From: Candidatus Moraniibacteriota bacterium
Lineage (GTDB): Bacteria; Patescibacteriota; Minisyncoccia; Moranbacterales; UBA1568
Assembly (NCBI GenBank): GCA_028688415.1
Contig: JAQTYF010000001.1
Coordinates: 336,627-400,626 of the forward strand
DNA length: 64,000 nt
Direction of reading: 5' to 3'
Shown here: positions 49,398 through 59,525 of the stretch, one piece after another
Position numbering within the stretch: the first letter of the stretch is position 1
Layout: each line of letters begins with the position of its first letter
Position numbers and translations under genes: made by a program
The notes under the pieces: generated by a model
Seen by the model: the letters and a program-made list of their open reading frames with translations, nothing else
Told to the model about the DNA's origin: nothing
Database searches by the model: none

Positions 49398-50343
49398 ATT
49401 TTTTTCTCGCTTGCATCAATTCCAGTGGTTCGGCAAAGTGCATATTTTCAGCACCAACCACAAAATCTTCCACTGTCACACCTTGTTTCCTGAAGTATTC
49501 CACGACACCTTCTACAAGTTTTTCTGGAGCACTCGCACCTGCACTGATACCAATCGTTTCTTTCTCTCTGAGCCACTCTGTATTGAGTTCGGAAACATCA
49601 TCGATGAGATAAGCCTCAGTCCCCTCTTTACGAGCCGTTTCCATCAAACGTGTCGAATTCGAAGAATTTTTTGATCCGAGTATCAAAACAAGATCAGATA
49701 CTTTTGCCAACGCCTTCACTGCTTCCTGTCTGTTGGTTGTTGCAAAACAGATATCGGAAAGTGGTGGCGCGACAATCTGAGGATATTTTTTTTGAAGCGC
49801 TTTTATCACGACAGCTGTGTCATCGATGGAGAGTGTTGTCTGAGTGAGATAGACAAGTTTTTCTGGATTCCCTATATCGAGGTTTTCTACATCTTCTATA
49901 GTCTCCACAAGCGGAATAGATCCTTTCTCTGCTTCGCTCAACACACCGAGACCTTCTATATGCCCATGATGTCCGATATATATTATTTGATATTGCTCCT
50001 TGAGGAAACGTCCCACTTCGAGATGTACCTTGGTGACGAGCGGACAAGTGGCATCGATAAGCCGAATATGACGATTTTGAGCTTCTGTATAGTGGTCTCT
50101 GATCGATCCATGGGCTGAAAACACCACCACGGCCCCTTCTGGCACCTGAGAGAGGCTTTCTATGGTAATTATTCCTTTGGCAGAGAGATCTGCCACCACA
50201 TGCTTGTTGTGGACAATCTCATGCTTTACATAGACTGGCGCACCAAAAATCTCCAGAGTGTCTTCCACTGCTTTCACGGCACGCGATACGCCCGCACAGA
50301 ATCCTCGTGGATTGGCAAGGAGAATTTTTTTGAGAGTAACCAT
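49387..50343 (-). CDS. ispH: 4-hydroxy-3-methylbut-2-enyl diphosphate reductase
   Basis: PRGFCAGV, IVHN, FSAHG, DATCPLV, QTT, ICFAT.NRQ, SSNS, AGASAP. Confidence 0.96.
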   Translation of the reverse strand: MVTLKKILLANPRGFCAGVSRAVKAVEDTLEIFGAPVYVKHEIVHNKHVVADLSAKGIITIESLSQVPEGAVVVFSAHGSIRDHYTEAQNRHIRLIDATCPLVTKVHLEVGRFLKEQYQIIYIGHHGHIEGLGVLSEAEKGSIPLVETIEDVENLDIGNPEKLVYLTQTTLSIDDTAVVIKALQKKYPQIVAPPLSDICFATTNRQEAVKALAKVSDLVLILGSKNSSNSTRLMETARKEGTEAYLIDDVSELNTEWLREKETIGISAGASAPEKLVEGVVEYFRKQGVTVEDFVVGAENMHFAEPLELMQARKKYEK

Positions 50344-50356
50344 GAAAGATAAATAA

Positions 50357-51067
50357 CTAATCTTTGATACGTGTACCGATAAATTTTTTCCCTGCGATAT
50401 AATTCTCGACATTTTTCATATCACCACCATTCATCACAGCAACCTCCATATGTTCTTTTTCTGCCATTTCAGAAGCGATCGGATCAAAAGGAACATTCAT
50501 TCCAGGATTCCATTTACTTCCAACAATCTTTCGGAAATCTTTCCAAGTTATTTCTTCAAATGGTACAGCGTCTGCATGTACCCGAGGATCCTTACTGTAA
50601 ACACGTTCGATATTTGAGAGATTGATAATACGATTCACATCGAGATATTTTCCGAGAACGACTGCATCAAAATCAGTAGAGAATCCTGGTCGCCATCCTG
50701 CAGCGACAAGGATCGGCTCTGGTGCTCGATAGAAATCTTCGAGATCATGCGGATTGGTATTGATACGCGGATGCGCATATTCACGAAAAATAGTACGGAC
50801 GAGGTGTGCGTTCATACGGGTAGCATGGATCCCGAGCCAATCACGATCTTCATCGGTAATTTTGGTGATTTGCCCTGCGACATCAATATACTGTCTCGCC
50901 GTTCTTCCTCCGCCTGTTACCAAAATAAAACGATATCCTTTTTTGATATGAGAAACGATAAATTTTTTGAAATTGCTGATGAATTCTGTATCGATCCCCT
51001 CTGGCACAAGAAGTGATCCTCCGAGTGAAATAATGATACGTTCTTTCTTATCGTATGCTCGAGACAT
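50357..51067 (-). CDS. pyrH: UMP kinase (archaeal type)
   Basis: SLGGS, GGGRTARQYI, DWLGIHATRMNA, PGFSTD, PFDPIA. Confidence 0.9.
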   Translation of the reverse strand: MSRAYDKKERIIISLGGSLLVPEGIDTEFISNFKKFIVSHIKKGYRFILVTGGGRTARQYIDVAGQITKITDEDRDWLGIHATRMNAHLVRTIFREYAHPRINTNPHDLEDFYRAPEPILVAAGWRPGFSTDFDAVVLGKYLDVNRIINLSNIERVYSKDPRVHADAVPFEEITWKDFRKIVGSKWNPGMNVPFDPIASEMAEKEHMEVAVMNGGDMKNVENYIAGKKFIGTRIKD

Positions 51068-51087
51068 AGGGTGATTTCATGATTGAT

Positions 51088-52338
51088 TTATTCTTTCTCT
51101 TTCATCGTGAAAAAATGCACGAGATCCTCGAAAGCTATTTCCTGCACATCACTCTCAGTACGTTTTTTTACTTCAGCTTTTCCTGATTCAATGGAACGTT
51201 TGCCGATGACAACTCGATACGGAATACCGAGGAGATCGCTCTCAGCAAACTTCTCCCCTGCTCGCATATCGCGATCATCATAGAGGACTTCGATACCTGC
51301 CTTGGTCAGTGTTTCATAGACTTCATTTGTCTTCTCATCGGTTCCGAGCGAAAGGAGATGGACACGAAATGGCGCGACAGACTCTGGCCACACGAGACCA
51401 TTTTCATCAGAGAGTACCTCTGCTATCGTTCCCATCACTCGGGCGGGTCCGATACCGTAACAACCCATAATTACTGGCTGAGAATTTCCCGCCTCATCTT
51501 TGAAGGTAAATCCAAGTGGCACTGAATATTTCGTCCCCAAAGTAAAAATATTCCCTACTTCAATAGATTTTTTCTCTACCAAATTTTCTCTCTTCAAACC
51601 AAGCTCTGTCAGCACTTCATCTTCCAATACTTCTTTGTTCAGAGCTTGACCACTTGCTTCATCAATGTAAATCAAATCTTCACCCGCATCACTCACTGTC
51701 TGAAATTCTTCAGAATATTTACTAAATGCACCTCCTGATGCAAAAACGGGGTAAGTTGTTTCTCCCAAACCGACGCGTTCGAAAAATTTGATATAGGCAC
51801 CACGCACAGACGCATAAACTTTTTCATGCTCTTCTTGATTTCGAGAAAAGGAATAGAGATCCTTCATGATAAATTCTCGCGTCCGCATAATTCCTGATTT
51901 TGCACGCGTTTCATTGCGAAACTTTGTCTGAAACTGATACGCGAGTACTGGTAAATCACGGTAGGATGAAACTTGTTGTTGCATCAAACGCGTAATCGGT
52001 TCCTCATGAGACCAACCAAGTCCTACATCTGTCCCGTTTTTCAATTTTGTCTTGAACCACACATCGACTTTTTCATCATCCCAACGATCAGTCTTTTCCC
52101 ACAAAGATTTATCCTGCAAAGCAGTAAGCGAAAGTTCCTGACCGCTCACCGCATTCATTTCCTCCCGAATAACCTGTATCACTTTGTTGAGTGTTCGTAG
52201 CCCAAGAGGCAAAAAAGAATAGACTCCTGCCATTTCTTTGTGGATGAAACCAGCACGAATGAGGAGTTGCGCATTCTTACTCACCTCATCTTTTGGTGCT
52301 TCTTTCTTTGTTCGCGTGAACAGTTGTGTCTGTCGCAT
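51088..52338 (-). CDS. proS: Proline-tRNA ligase (short form without editing insertion)
   Basis: LLIRAGFI, KFRNETRAKSGIMRTREF.MKD, EVGNIF.LGTKYS, MGCYGIG. Confidence 0.95.
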   Translation of the reverse strand: MRQTQLFTRTKKEAPKDEVSKNAQLLIRAGFIHKEMAGVYSFLPLGLRTLNKVIQVIREEMNAVSGQELSLTALQDKSLWEKTDRWDDEKVDVWFKTKLKNGTDVGLGWSHEEPITRLMQQQVSSYRDLPVLAYQFQTKFRNETRAKSGIMRTREFIMKDLYSFSRNQEEHEKVYASVRGAYIKFFERVGLGETTYPVFASGGAFSKYSEEFQTVSDAGEDLIYIDEASGQALNKEVLEDEVLTELGLKRENLVEKKSIEVGNIFTLGTKYSVPLGFTFKDEAGNSQPVIMGCYGIGPARVMGTIAEVLSDENGLVWPESVAPFRVHLLSLGTDEKTNEVYETLTKAGIEVLYDDRDMRAGEKFAESDLLGIPYRVVIGKRSIESGKAEVKKRTESDVQEIAFEDLVHFFTMKEKE

Positions 52339-52352
52339 AAAATAAACTTTTA

Positions 52353-53492
52353 TTACAATTGTATGCTGATTGTTTTTTCTTCTCCATTATGGAGAACACG
52401 GAGGAGAATCGTATCACCAATAGAATAATGACTCAAAGCTACAGACAAGGGGTTATGAGGAGAGATGTTTGTACCATCGATTGAAAGAATAATATCACCA
52501 AATTGAAGTCCAGCTCGCATCGCACTCGAGTTGGACAAAAGAGCTAGTCCTGTTTTTCCTGAAGGAGAGTAGACGAGCGCTCCCTCAGTCCGATCGAGAT
52601 GCATTGTCAGTGCAAGAGTTTTCGTAATGGAGAGATAGTATACTCCAAATACTGGGCGCTTTGTCAGTGTCTGTGCGATAGCACGATTCAATGCATCGCG
52701 GACGATATTAGCAGGAATGAGAAACGTATGAAGAGTATTATCGATAGTCAATGATCCTACTAGTCCGATCATCTCACCATTGAAACCAACTGCTGGACCA
52801 CCGACAAAACTTCCCAGATTTTGCACATCCATTTCAAATACTCCTTCCAATTTTTCAGAAGAAGAGACTGTTTTTCCTGAAAGATTGAATGTGTGGTTGA
52901 TATTTCCGAGAATACCGACAGCGAGGCGACTCTGATATTCTGTTTCTGCACTGCCGATAACAACCACTTTTTTTCCGACACGAACATCATCTGAATTCGC
53001 GAGAGCAATCGATGACGAGTTTTTCATATCACTTAGACGGAGAAAGACAATATTGGTGAATGTATCATAACCAAAGAAATCAGCTGTACGATCTGTGCCA
53101 TCGGGAAATAATATTCTGTAACGAGAGGTTACTGAAAATGGTTGCTCGCTATACAGTGCGATCAAACCGTCATTCGTCAACAAGACACCTGTTCTATTGA
53201 AAGAGATCTCATTCTTTTCACTCTTTGTATCTTCTGAAAATATAAAAACTTTGACTACCGCCGTTGACGGTTGTGAAATAATTTTTTCCACCGAATCATC
53301 TTCACGGACGACTATCTGTTCGGTTTTATTGATTACTGTCACACGATCGGTTATTTTTTTGAATATGCTAAGAGTATTCAAAAAAGGGACGGATGCAAGA
53401 CGAGGAGTATACGCATTGATGAAAAGCGATCCTATACCACCCAAAAGTACGATACCTATCACAGAAAGCAAAAAAAGAAAAAACTTTTTCAT
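52353..53492 (-). CDS. HtrA/DegP-like trypsin-PDZ protein, probably catalytically dead
   Basis: Trypsin-like domain plus PDZ; GLIALYSE replaces TNxHV and GSFVGGP replaces GNSGGP. Confidence 0.8.
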   Translation of the reverse strand: MKKFFLFLLSVIGIVLLGGIGSLFINAYTPRLASVPFLNTLSIFKKITDRVTVINKTEQIVVREDDSVEKIISQPSTAVVKVFIFSEDTKSEKNEISFNRTGVLLTNDGLIALYSEQPFSVTSRYRILFPDGTDRTADFFGYDTFTNIVFLRLSDMKNSSSIALANSDDVRVGKKVVVIGSAETEYQSRLAVGILGNINHTFNLSGKTVSSSEKLEGVFEMDVQNLGSFVGGPAVGFNGEMIGLVGSLTIDNTLHTFLIPANIVRDALNRAIAQTLTKRPVFGVYYLSITKTLALTMHLDRTEGALVYSPSGKTGLALLSNSSAMRAGLQFGDIILSIDGTNISPHNPLSVALSHYSIGDTILLRVLHNGEEKTISIQL

Positions 53493-53613
53493 AGATTTCA
53501 AAGGGAGGATAAGAAGTTAATATGCCTTTATTTTAGGCCCAATGCTCTTATTTTTATCACATTCCGAGACATTTGGCAACTCTTTACTCATCACACATCT
53601 TCTCTTGTCACTC

Positions 53614-54375
53614 TTATACCAAGATATGCCATGGTGTGCTCCATAAAAGTATACCTATTAAGAAGAAAAGTGTGATTGTCCGTATCACAATCTTACGCAA
53701 AGAAACAGATTCTCGAAAGAAATCAAAACAAATATCCCAAAGTAAAAAGAAAAAACAGAGTGCCAATATACCGGATGTCAAGTATCCAAAAGGCCAAAAA
53801 CTCATCACCCAAGCAAGTTCACACATAAAGAACCCAAGAAGCAAACTGTAAATAATCACTTTTTTCTTTTTGATTTCCAGATATTTGATACTCGAAAATG
53901 CATTGTAACTGGTCAGTGCTGTTCCTAAGAAATAAAGCATCATCAATCCCCAAAGAGGGAATGAAAAATTCAGATAAAAACCAAATATACCCGTGTAGTA
54001 AAAGAAAAGAGCTGCAATAGTTGCTGTGTCAAGAAATGCCTGGGCAGTCTTATCTTTCGGAGCATGATGCAGACGATACAATCCGAGTAATGCAAAGTAA
54101 TACATAATAGCACTCAGAGTGACAAATATCTTTCGTTGCAGAGGAGAATCTATCAAGGAAAGAAGTATCGGTACAGCAAAAGAAAGCAATCCAAGTAAAA
54201 AAACATCCGAGATACGCTTGGTAATTCGGCGACATGCCAAAAAAGAAACAAACAGAAGAGGAAGAATGGAGACAATATACCAGTTCCAGGTTGGAGTAAA
54301 AGGATTTATTGCTACGAGTACCAGTCCAAGAGAAAAAAGTATTGTCCAAAAAAGAATCGTAAAGTGAAAAATCAT
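53614..54375 (-). CDS. Hypothetical multi-pass membrane protein
   Basis: 253-aa hydrophobic ORF with ELAWVMSFWP motif. Confidence 0.75.
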   Translation of the reverse strand: MIFHFTILFWTILFSLGLVLVAINPFTPTWNWYIVSILPLLFVSFLACRRITKRISDVFLLGLLSFAVPILLSLIDSPLQRKIFVTLSAIMYYFALLGLYRLHHAPKDKTAQAFLDTATIAALFFYYTGIFGFYLNFSFPLWGLMMLYFLGTALTSYNAFSSIKYLEIKKKKVIIYSLLLGFFMCELAWVMSFWPFGYLTSGILALCFFFLLWDICFDFFRESVSLRKIVIRTITLFFLIGILLWSTPWHILV

Positions 54376-54462
54376 AAAAAAATCGCGTCACTCGTCAAAT
54401 ATGATGGTCGTATCATATTGATGAAAAATTATCTCTCTCTACTATAGCATACTCTGATAAAG

Positions 54463-54492
54463 AAGAAAGAGGCTTCTACAAGCCTCTTTCTT
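54463..54492. terminator. Intrinsic terminator downstream of htrA
   Basis: aagaaagaggctt-ctac-aagcctctttctt inverted repeat. Confidence 0.75.
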
Positions 54493-54519
54493 TCTGTTCT
54501 TTCTTTATTACTCTTTGTC

Positions 54520-55779
54520 TTATTTTCTCTCTTCCAGCACGAGAATGAGTTCGCTTTCTTTCCCTTTGTGCCATACCTGAAGTGTCACTTGTTCCCCTAC
54601 ATTATATTGACTGAGTACATTTGTCAGTGTGTGCTTCTCGTCAATTTTCGTTCCATTGATCTCCAGAATAATATCATTCTCTATCAATCCTGCTTTATCT
54701 GCAGGTGAGCCAGGAACAACCGCAAAGTCCATCATCGTTTGTCCACGAAGAATCAGCGCTCCATAATTATATGGCAAATCATTTTCTTTCTGAAGAGCAT
54801 CATTCAAAATGACATATCGCACGCCAATATACGGCACAGAATATTTCCCTGTCGTACTCACTTGTTCGATAATACGTTTGACAGAATTGATCGGTAGCGC
54901 AAACCCGACGTTTTCGGCTCCCATAGCTACTGCGACATTGATACCGATCACTCGTCCATCGATATCAAAGAGTGGTCCTCCTGAATTACCTGGATTGATA
55001 GCAGCATCTGTCTGAATGATATCTGTGAGACGTTCTTCACTTCTTCCTCGTTCAGATCCTGCGGAAACATTTCTCTGCAAACCAGAGATGATGCCACTCG
55101 TTACCGAACCTGAGAATTCACCTAAAGCATTACCGATAGCAATCACTGTCTGTCCTACCTGAATCGTACCAGAATCCCCAAGTGTCAAAGCTGGGAAATT
55201 ATCTCCTTCAATTTTCAGTATAGCAATATCATTATTTGGATCACGAACCAATACCGTTGCGGAATGTTCCGTCTCTCCCATCATCACTGTATAGAGAGCA
55301 TCTTTGTCGGAGACCACATGCTTATTGGTTACGATAAGTCCATCGCTCGATACGAAAAAACCTGACCCGCTTCCGATTTTTTGCTTCTTCTGCAATTCTG
55401 AACTCTCGCTGTTTTTCTCTTCCTGTGGAGTATCAAAAGGGGTAAAAAAAGGAAATCCCTGAAAGAAGTTATTCCGAGGATCACGTAATTTGGAAACATC
55501 TTTACTCACAACAATACTCACCACCCCTGCAGAATTCTTCTCTACCATACGAGGAATGAGGCTATTCTGCTCTTTCATCACATCGTCACTTGGAGTGAGT
55601 TTTTCACGAGTATTTTCATCAATGATTACTGTTTTTTGTTTATGATACAAATCCAGAATTATCGGCGACATACCCCCTCCGATAAAACCAAACAACAGGG
55701 CAAAAAAAAGCAACATTCCTTTTTGATACCATTGTATTTTCCGTGGAGAGAGAATTTCTTCTTTTTGTATTATTTCCAT
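54520..55779 (-). CDS. htrA: HtrA/DegP-family serine protease
   Basis: GSGF, TNKHV, DIA, QTDAAINPGNSGGPL, one PDZ domain. Confidence 0.93.
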   Translation of the reverse strand: MEIIQKEEILSPRKIQWYQKGMLLFFALLFGFIGGGMSPIILDLYHKQKTVIIDENTREKLTPSDDVMKEQNSLIPRMVEKNSAGVVSIVVSKDVSKLRDPRNNFFQGFPFFTPFDTPQEEKNSESSELQKKQKIGSGSGFFVSSDGLIVTNKHVVSDKDALYTVMMGETEHSATVLVRDPNNDIAILKIEGDNFPALTLGDSGTIQVGQTVIAIGNALGEFSGSVTSGIISGLQRNVSAGSERGRSEERLTDIIQTDAAINPGNSGGPLFDIDGRVIGINVAVAMGAENVGFALPINSVKRIIEQVSTTGKYSVPYIGVRYVILNDALQKENDLPYNYGALILRGQTMMDFAVVPGSPADKAGLIENDIILEINGTKIDEKHTLTNVLSQYNVGEQVTLQVWHKGKESELILVLEERK

Positions 55780-55799
55780 AACACTTTTTTATAAACAAA

Positions 55800-56861
55800 T
55801 TAGAAGAAGAATGCGGTGTTATTATCAGCATTCTCATACATTTTCTTTTCAAAATCACGGATCGATTCATCGGTAAACTCTGCACGAGCCGTCTCTTTAT
55901 CCCATACATATTCTGGTGATAACACGAAAATCGACATCATGCGCATTTTTTCAGAAAGAAAATCAGAAAATGTTTTTTTCTGTATAAAAACTTGTTTGAG
56001 ATGATAGAGATTTTGTTCGTTTTCAGTCTTTATTTCCTCTATCAAAACAATATGAAATCCCAGTGGACTTTCCACTACATCTCCTGGTATGCCTACTTTC
56101 TGTGAGTTCATCACCGTTCGTAATGCAGGCAAAATATCGTCCGATGTAAACCAGCCAATATCACCACCGTTTTCCTGTCCTGCACCATCTGAATACTGTT
56201 TCACTACCTCTTCGAAGGTATTTCCCAAACGAATACTTTTTTGTGCATTCAAAATCTTTTCTTGGGCTTTTGATGTATCATCACGAAATACTTCTTCGAG
56301 ACTTTTTTCCAATTTCTCCTGATACAAACTCGGCATCACCACTTTCTCTTCGAAATCAGCAATAGTCCATCCATAAAGACGTTCCAATTCATTTTTCACT
56401 CCAACCTCACTGTTATATTCAGAGAGTTTTCGAGAGACACTTTGCGATGCTTCATCATGACTGACTCGTATATCTTTTTCTTTCGCCAGCACTTCGATAG
56501 CCCGATCTTCGATCATTTTATTCAATACTTCTTTTTCGCGTATCTTGAAACGTTTCTGTCCGTCTGGTGTAGAAAAATCGACACGCACACCTATTTCTGA
56601 AAAATTTTGTACTTCATAAAAACGTTTCACAGAAACCATATTCCGAGCCAATGCACGAGAGGTAATAACAGGATCATATCCGATAACAACAATCGGGTAT
56701 GGTAATACACTTTTTAATGCAGTGGTCGATTGCACCGATCCAAACGAGGTGTACACGGCAATCAGGCTGAGTAAAAAGATACTTAATACAACAACTGCTA
56801 TTGTATACAGTACGGTACTCAATCGTATTTTTCTCGAAAAATTATGTGTTGTATTTGACAT
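55800..56861 (-). CDS. SurA/PrsA-like parvulin foldase
   Basis: N-terminal TM, SurA_N-like helices, YSD...GGDIGW...ESPLGFHIV. Confidence 0.85.
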   Translation of the reverse strand: MSNTTHNFSRKIRLSTVLYTIAVVVLSIFLLSLIAVYTSFGSVQSTTALKSVLPYPIVVIGYDPVITSRALARNMVSVKRFYEVQNFSEIGVRVDFSTPDGQKRFKIREKEVLNKMIEDRAIEVLAKEKDIRVSHDEASQSVSRKLSEYNSEVGVKNELERLYGWTIADFEEKVVMPSLYQEKLEKSLEEVFRDDTSKAQEKILNAQKSIRLGNTFEEVVKQYSDGAGQENGGDIGWFTSDDILPALRTVMNSQKVGIPGDVVESPLGFHIVLIEEIKTENEQNLYHLKQVFIQKKTFSDFLSEKMRMMSIFVLSPEYVWDKETARAEFTDESIRDFEKKMYENADNNTAFFF

Positions 56862-56874
56862 AGTGTATAAAATT

Positions 56875-57249
56875 TCAGAAAAAAAGATTCCACCATTTTT
56901 TATAATTCGGCGTATTATCTTCTCTCTCTACTCTTTCTTCTGGTTTATTCTCCTGTCGTTCTGATCCTGATCGAGGGTTGATAATAACAACGTTTTCTTT
57001 TTCTTTTTTTAATCCAAGTTTTTTCTTCGCTTCCTGTTCTCGAAAATCATTAGAAGAAAAATATTGTATTTTCTCGGCAAGAGTTTCATTTTCGTGACGA
57101 ATCTTCCCTGCTTCAACCTCGAGAATAGCAACTTCTTTCTCTATACGTTCGCTTCGTTTGAGTTGTCTCGAAGAAAGAACGAGCACCCATACGATCAGGA
57201 GAGAAATAATTATCACCGTACCCGTGAACCACCATTTTTTTTGTGCCAT
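56875..57249 (-). CDS. Septum formation initiator family protein (FtsB/DivIC-like)
   Basis: TM, coiled coil, EQEAKKKLGLKKEKENVV. Confidence 0.75.
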   Translation of the reverse strand: MAQKKWWFTGTVIIISLLIVWVLVLSSRQLKRSERIEKEVAILEVEAGKIRHENETLAEKIQYFSSNDFREQEAKKKLGLKKEKENVVIINPRSGSERQENKPEERVEREDNTPNYKKWWNLFF

Positions 57250-57464
57250 ACCCCTCTTCTTTTTTAATACAGAAAAAACGGAGCCACAAGAAACCCAATC
57301 ATTGATATCACCACAAAAATTGATATAACGACCCACATTTTGTAGATACGTCTATGCCATTTTTTAAAACTCATATTTTTTCATTCATTATAAAGATATA
57401 CTAACAAAAACAGATGACAAAAACAAGTTTTCCTTTTGCACGAAAGAAGCAAGACACTGTCTAC

Positions 57465-59519
57465 TTACTCGTCCCCTTTCTTCATATCTTTGATCAGTGC
57501 ACGAACATCGTTCAAATTGACCGCTGGGCGATTTCCCAATGATTGAAATTTTTTGGAACCCATATATTCGATTTGAGCAAGCGAGAGGGGTGCTTCAGAA
57601 GAAACATATGACTTCAAATCTGTGTTTCTTCTTTGTGGGATAGCAGGAGCTGGACGAGTGATTGGTTGATCAGCATTTTTCTTTGCGATAGTATTCCGTT
57701 CTTTAGCGACTGAGCGCTGATAATCACGCAGACATTCGCGACAGAAAGTCGGCCTTTTTCCATCAGGAATAAACGGAACGGTAATATCAGTACCACAAGT
57801 CACACACTGTGTCGGATACAATTTCTTCTCCGTTGGAAGTGTCTCTGTTACAGAAGATATCTCTTTTTCTGGCATTGATACCGACGATTTTTCTTCAGTT
57901 ATTCTTGTCTGCGTCATCGTATCGCGCAGAGATTCAAGAGAGACATCAATAATTCTTTTGGGTGCCAATGCTGGTTCAAATACTGATTGCTTCTCGAGAG
58001 AAGTGACTTCTTTTTGTGTCGTTGTTTTCTTCGCACTGATCAGAGGACGAGGTGATTGAACCGAGGTATTGATATCAGAAGGTTGCTCATGGATACCTCT
58101 TCTGTCAGGAACAGTTCTTCGCTCAATTTGATCATTCGCTACAATCGGCGGTGTTTTCGACACATTTTTTTTCTGAAGAATATGCGCCGTATTCCTCTGT
58201 TCATCAGCGATAGCTTGTCGTTCTTCGGCAGTCAGCATTCCGCTCCAACGACGAATTTTTTCTTCTACGTCTTCGCGACTCGATGAATACCGTTCCCTAG
58301 AATTTTGGATGATTTTTATTTCATTTCCGGCATCTTCGAGCTTGATCGGCGGTAGCGTTGTCGCACTAAACGCGTCTCCAGCAATACCATCGATCATCAA
58401 TTTCAGATAAATCTGAAATTTTGGAAGATTGATAATATCATTCATCATAAAAACTGGCTCGAATTCTTTCTCAAGGAACTCGGCATCCATCGCTCCGACA
58501 CGGAACGAAACAATCGATCCAGCATTTCCAAAAATAGCATCACGCACCGTCTCTTCTATTTGTGTCACATACTGGTTTGCCAAAACGAGGTTGAGATGAT
58601 ATTTACGAGCCTCTGAAAGAATATTAGCAAACGATTCTGTAGCAAAATTCTGGAACTCATCAACATACAGATAAAAATCCTTACGATCTTCCTCAGGAAT
58701 ATCGACACGCCCCATTGCAGCGAGCTGAATTTTCGTAATCATCATTGCGCCAAGAAGCGCTCCATTGTCTTCACCGATGCGTCCTTTGGAAAGGTTGATA
58801 ATGAGAATCTTCCGCTGATCCATTACTTCACGAATATTGAAAGAGGAAACAGTTTGTCCGACGATATTTCTGATAAGAGAACTTGAGAGGAACTGACCCA
58901 CTTTGTTCTGAATTGGAGAAATCACTTCTTGAAGAACGCGATCATTCCACTGTGAAAATTCATCTACCCAAAAACTCCGAACGACAGGATCGGTGATTTT
59001 TTCTACTACTTTCGCTCGATAAGATTTGTCGACAAGAATACGTGTCACACCAAGAAGGGTACTTCCCGGGTACTCGAGCAGTGCCAAAATAGCATTACGC
59101 AAAATATATTCGAGTCGTGGTCCCCAAGAATCTGCCCAGATTTTTTTGAATACACCGACGAGACCCGATGCCACAAGATGACGGTATTCTGGATCGACTT
59201 TTTCCATCACGTTGAAAGCGATTGGGAAGTCCTGATCAGATGGATTGAGATAGATGACATCATTGATACGATTGGAAGGAATAGCCTTGATAAGTTTTTC
59301 CGCCGTATCACCATGAGGGTCGATAAACGCAATCCCGTGTCCTTTCTGAATATCCTGAATAGCAAGGTTTTCGAGCAGGTTGGTCTTTCCCATACCCGTT
59401 TTTCCGATAACATACATGTGACGACGACGATCATCTGTTTTGATACCAAAAATTCTTTCCTGATTTCGGAAATTTGTTTTTGCAAAAAAAGTGATGTCAT
59501 TCTGATCGTGAGTAGCCAT
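57465..59519 (-). CDS. TrwB/VirD4-like (DUF87) ATPase with C-terminal CxxC-x17-CxxC zinc ribbon
   Basis: RRRHMYVIGKTGMGKT, IDPHGD, YVDEFQNF, EARKY; C-terminal CVTC...PFIPDGKRPTFCREC. Confidence 0.88.
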   Translation of the reverse strand: MATHDQNDITFFAKTNFRNQERIFGIKTDDRRRHMYVIGKTGMGKTNLLENLAIQDIQKGHGIAFIDPHGDTAEKLIKAIPSNRINDVIYLNPSDQDFPIAFNVMEKVDPEYRHLVASGLVGVFKKIWADSWGPRLEYILRNAILALLEYPGSTLLGVTRILVDKSYRAKVVEKITDPVVRSFWVDEFSQWNDRVLQEVISPIQNKVGQFLSSSLIRNIVGQTVSSFNIREVMDQRKILIINLSKGRIGEDNGALLGAMMITKIQLAAMGRVDIPEEDRKDFYLYVDEFQNFATESFANILSEARKYHLNLVLANQYVTQIEETVRDAIFGNAGSIVSFRVGAMDAEFLEKEFEPVFMMNDIINLPKFQIYLKLMIDGIAGDAFSATTLPPIKLEDAGNEIKIIQNSRERYSSSREDVEEKIRRWSGMLTAEERQAIADEQRNTAHILQKKNVSKTPPIVANDQIERRTVPDRRGIHEQPSDINTSVQSPRPLISAKKTTTQKEVTSLEKQSVFEPALAPKRIIDVSLESLRDTMTQTRITEEKSSVSMPEKEISSVTETLPTEKKLYPTQCVTCGTDITVPFIPDGKRPTFCRECLRDYQRSVAKERNTIAKKNADQPITRPAPAIPQRRNTDLKSYVSSEAPLSLAQIEYMGSKKFQSLGNRPAVNLNDVRALIKDMKKGDE

Positions 59520-59525
59520 AGTTTA

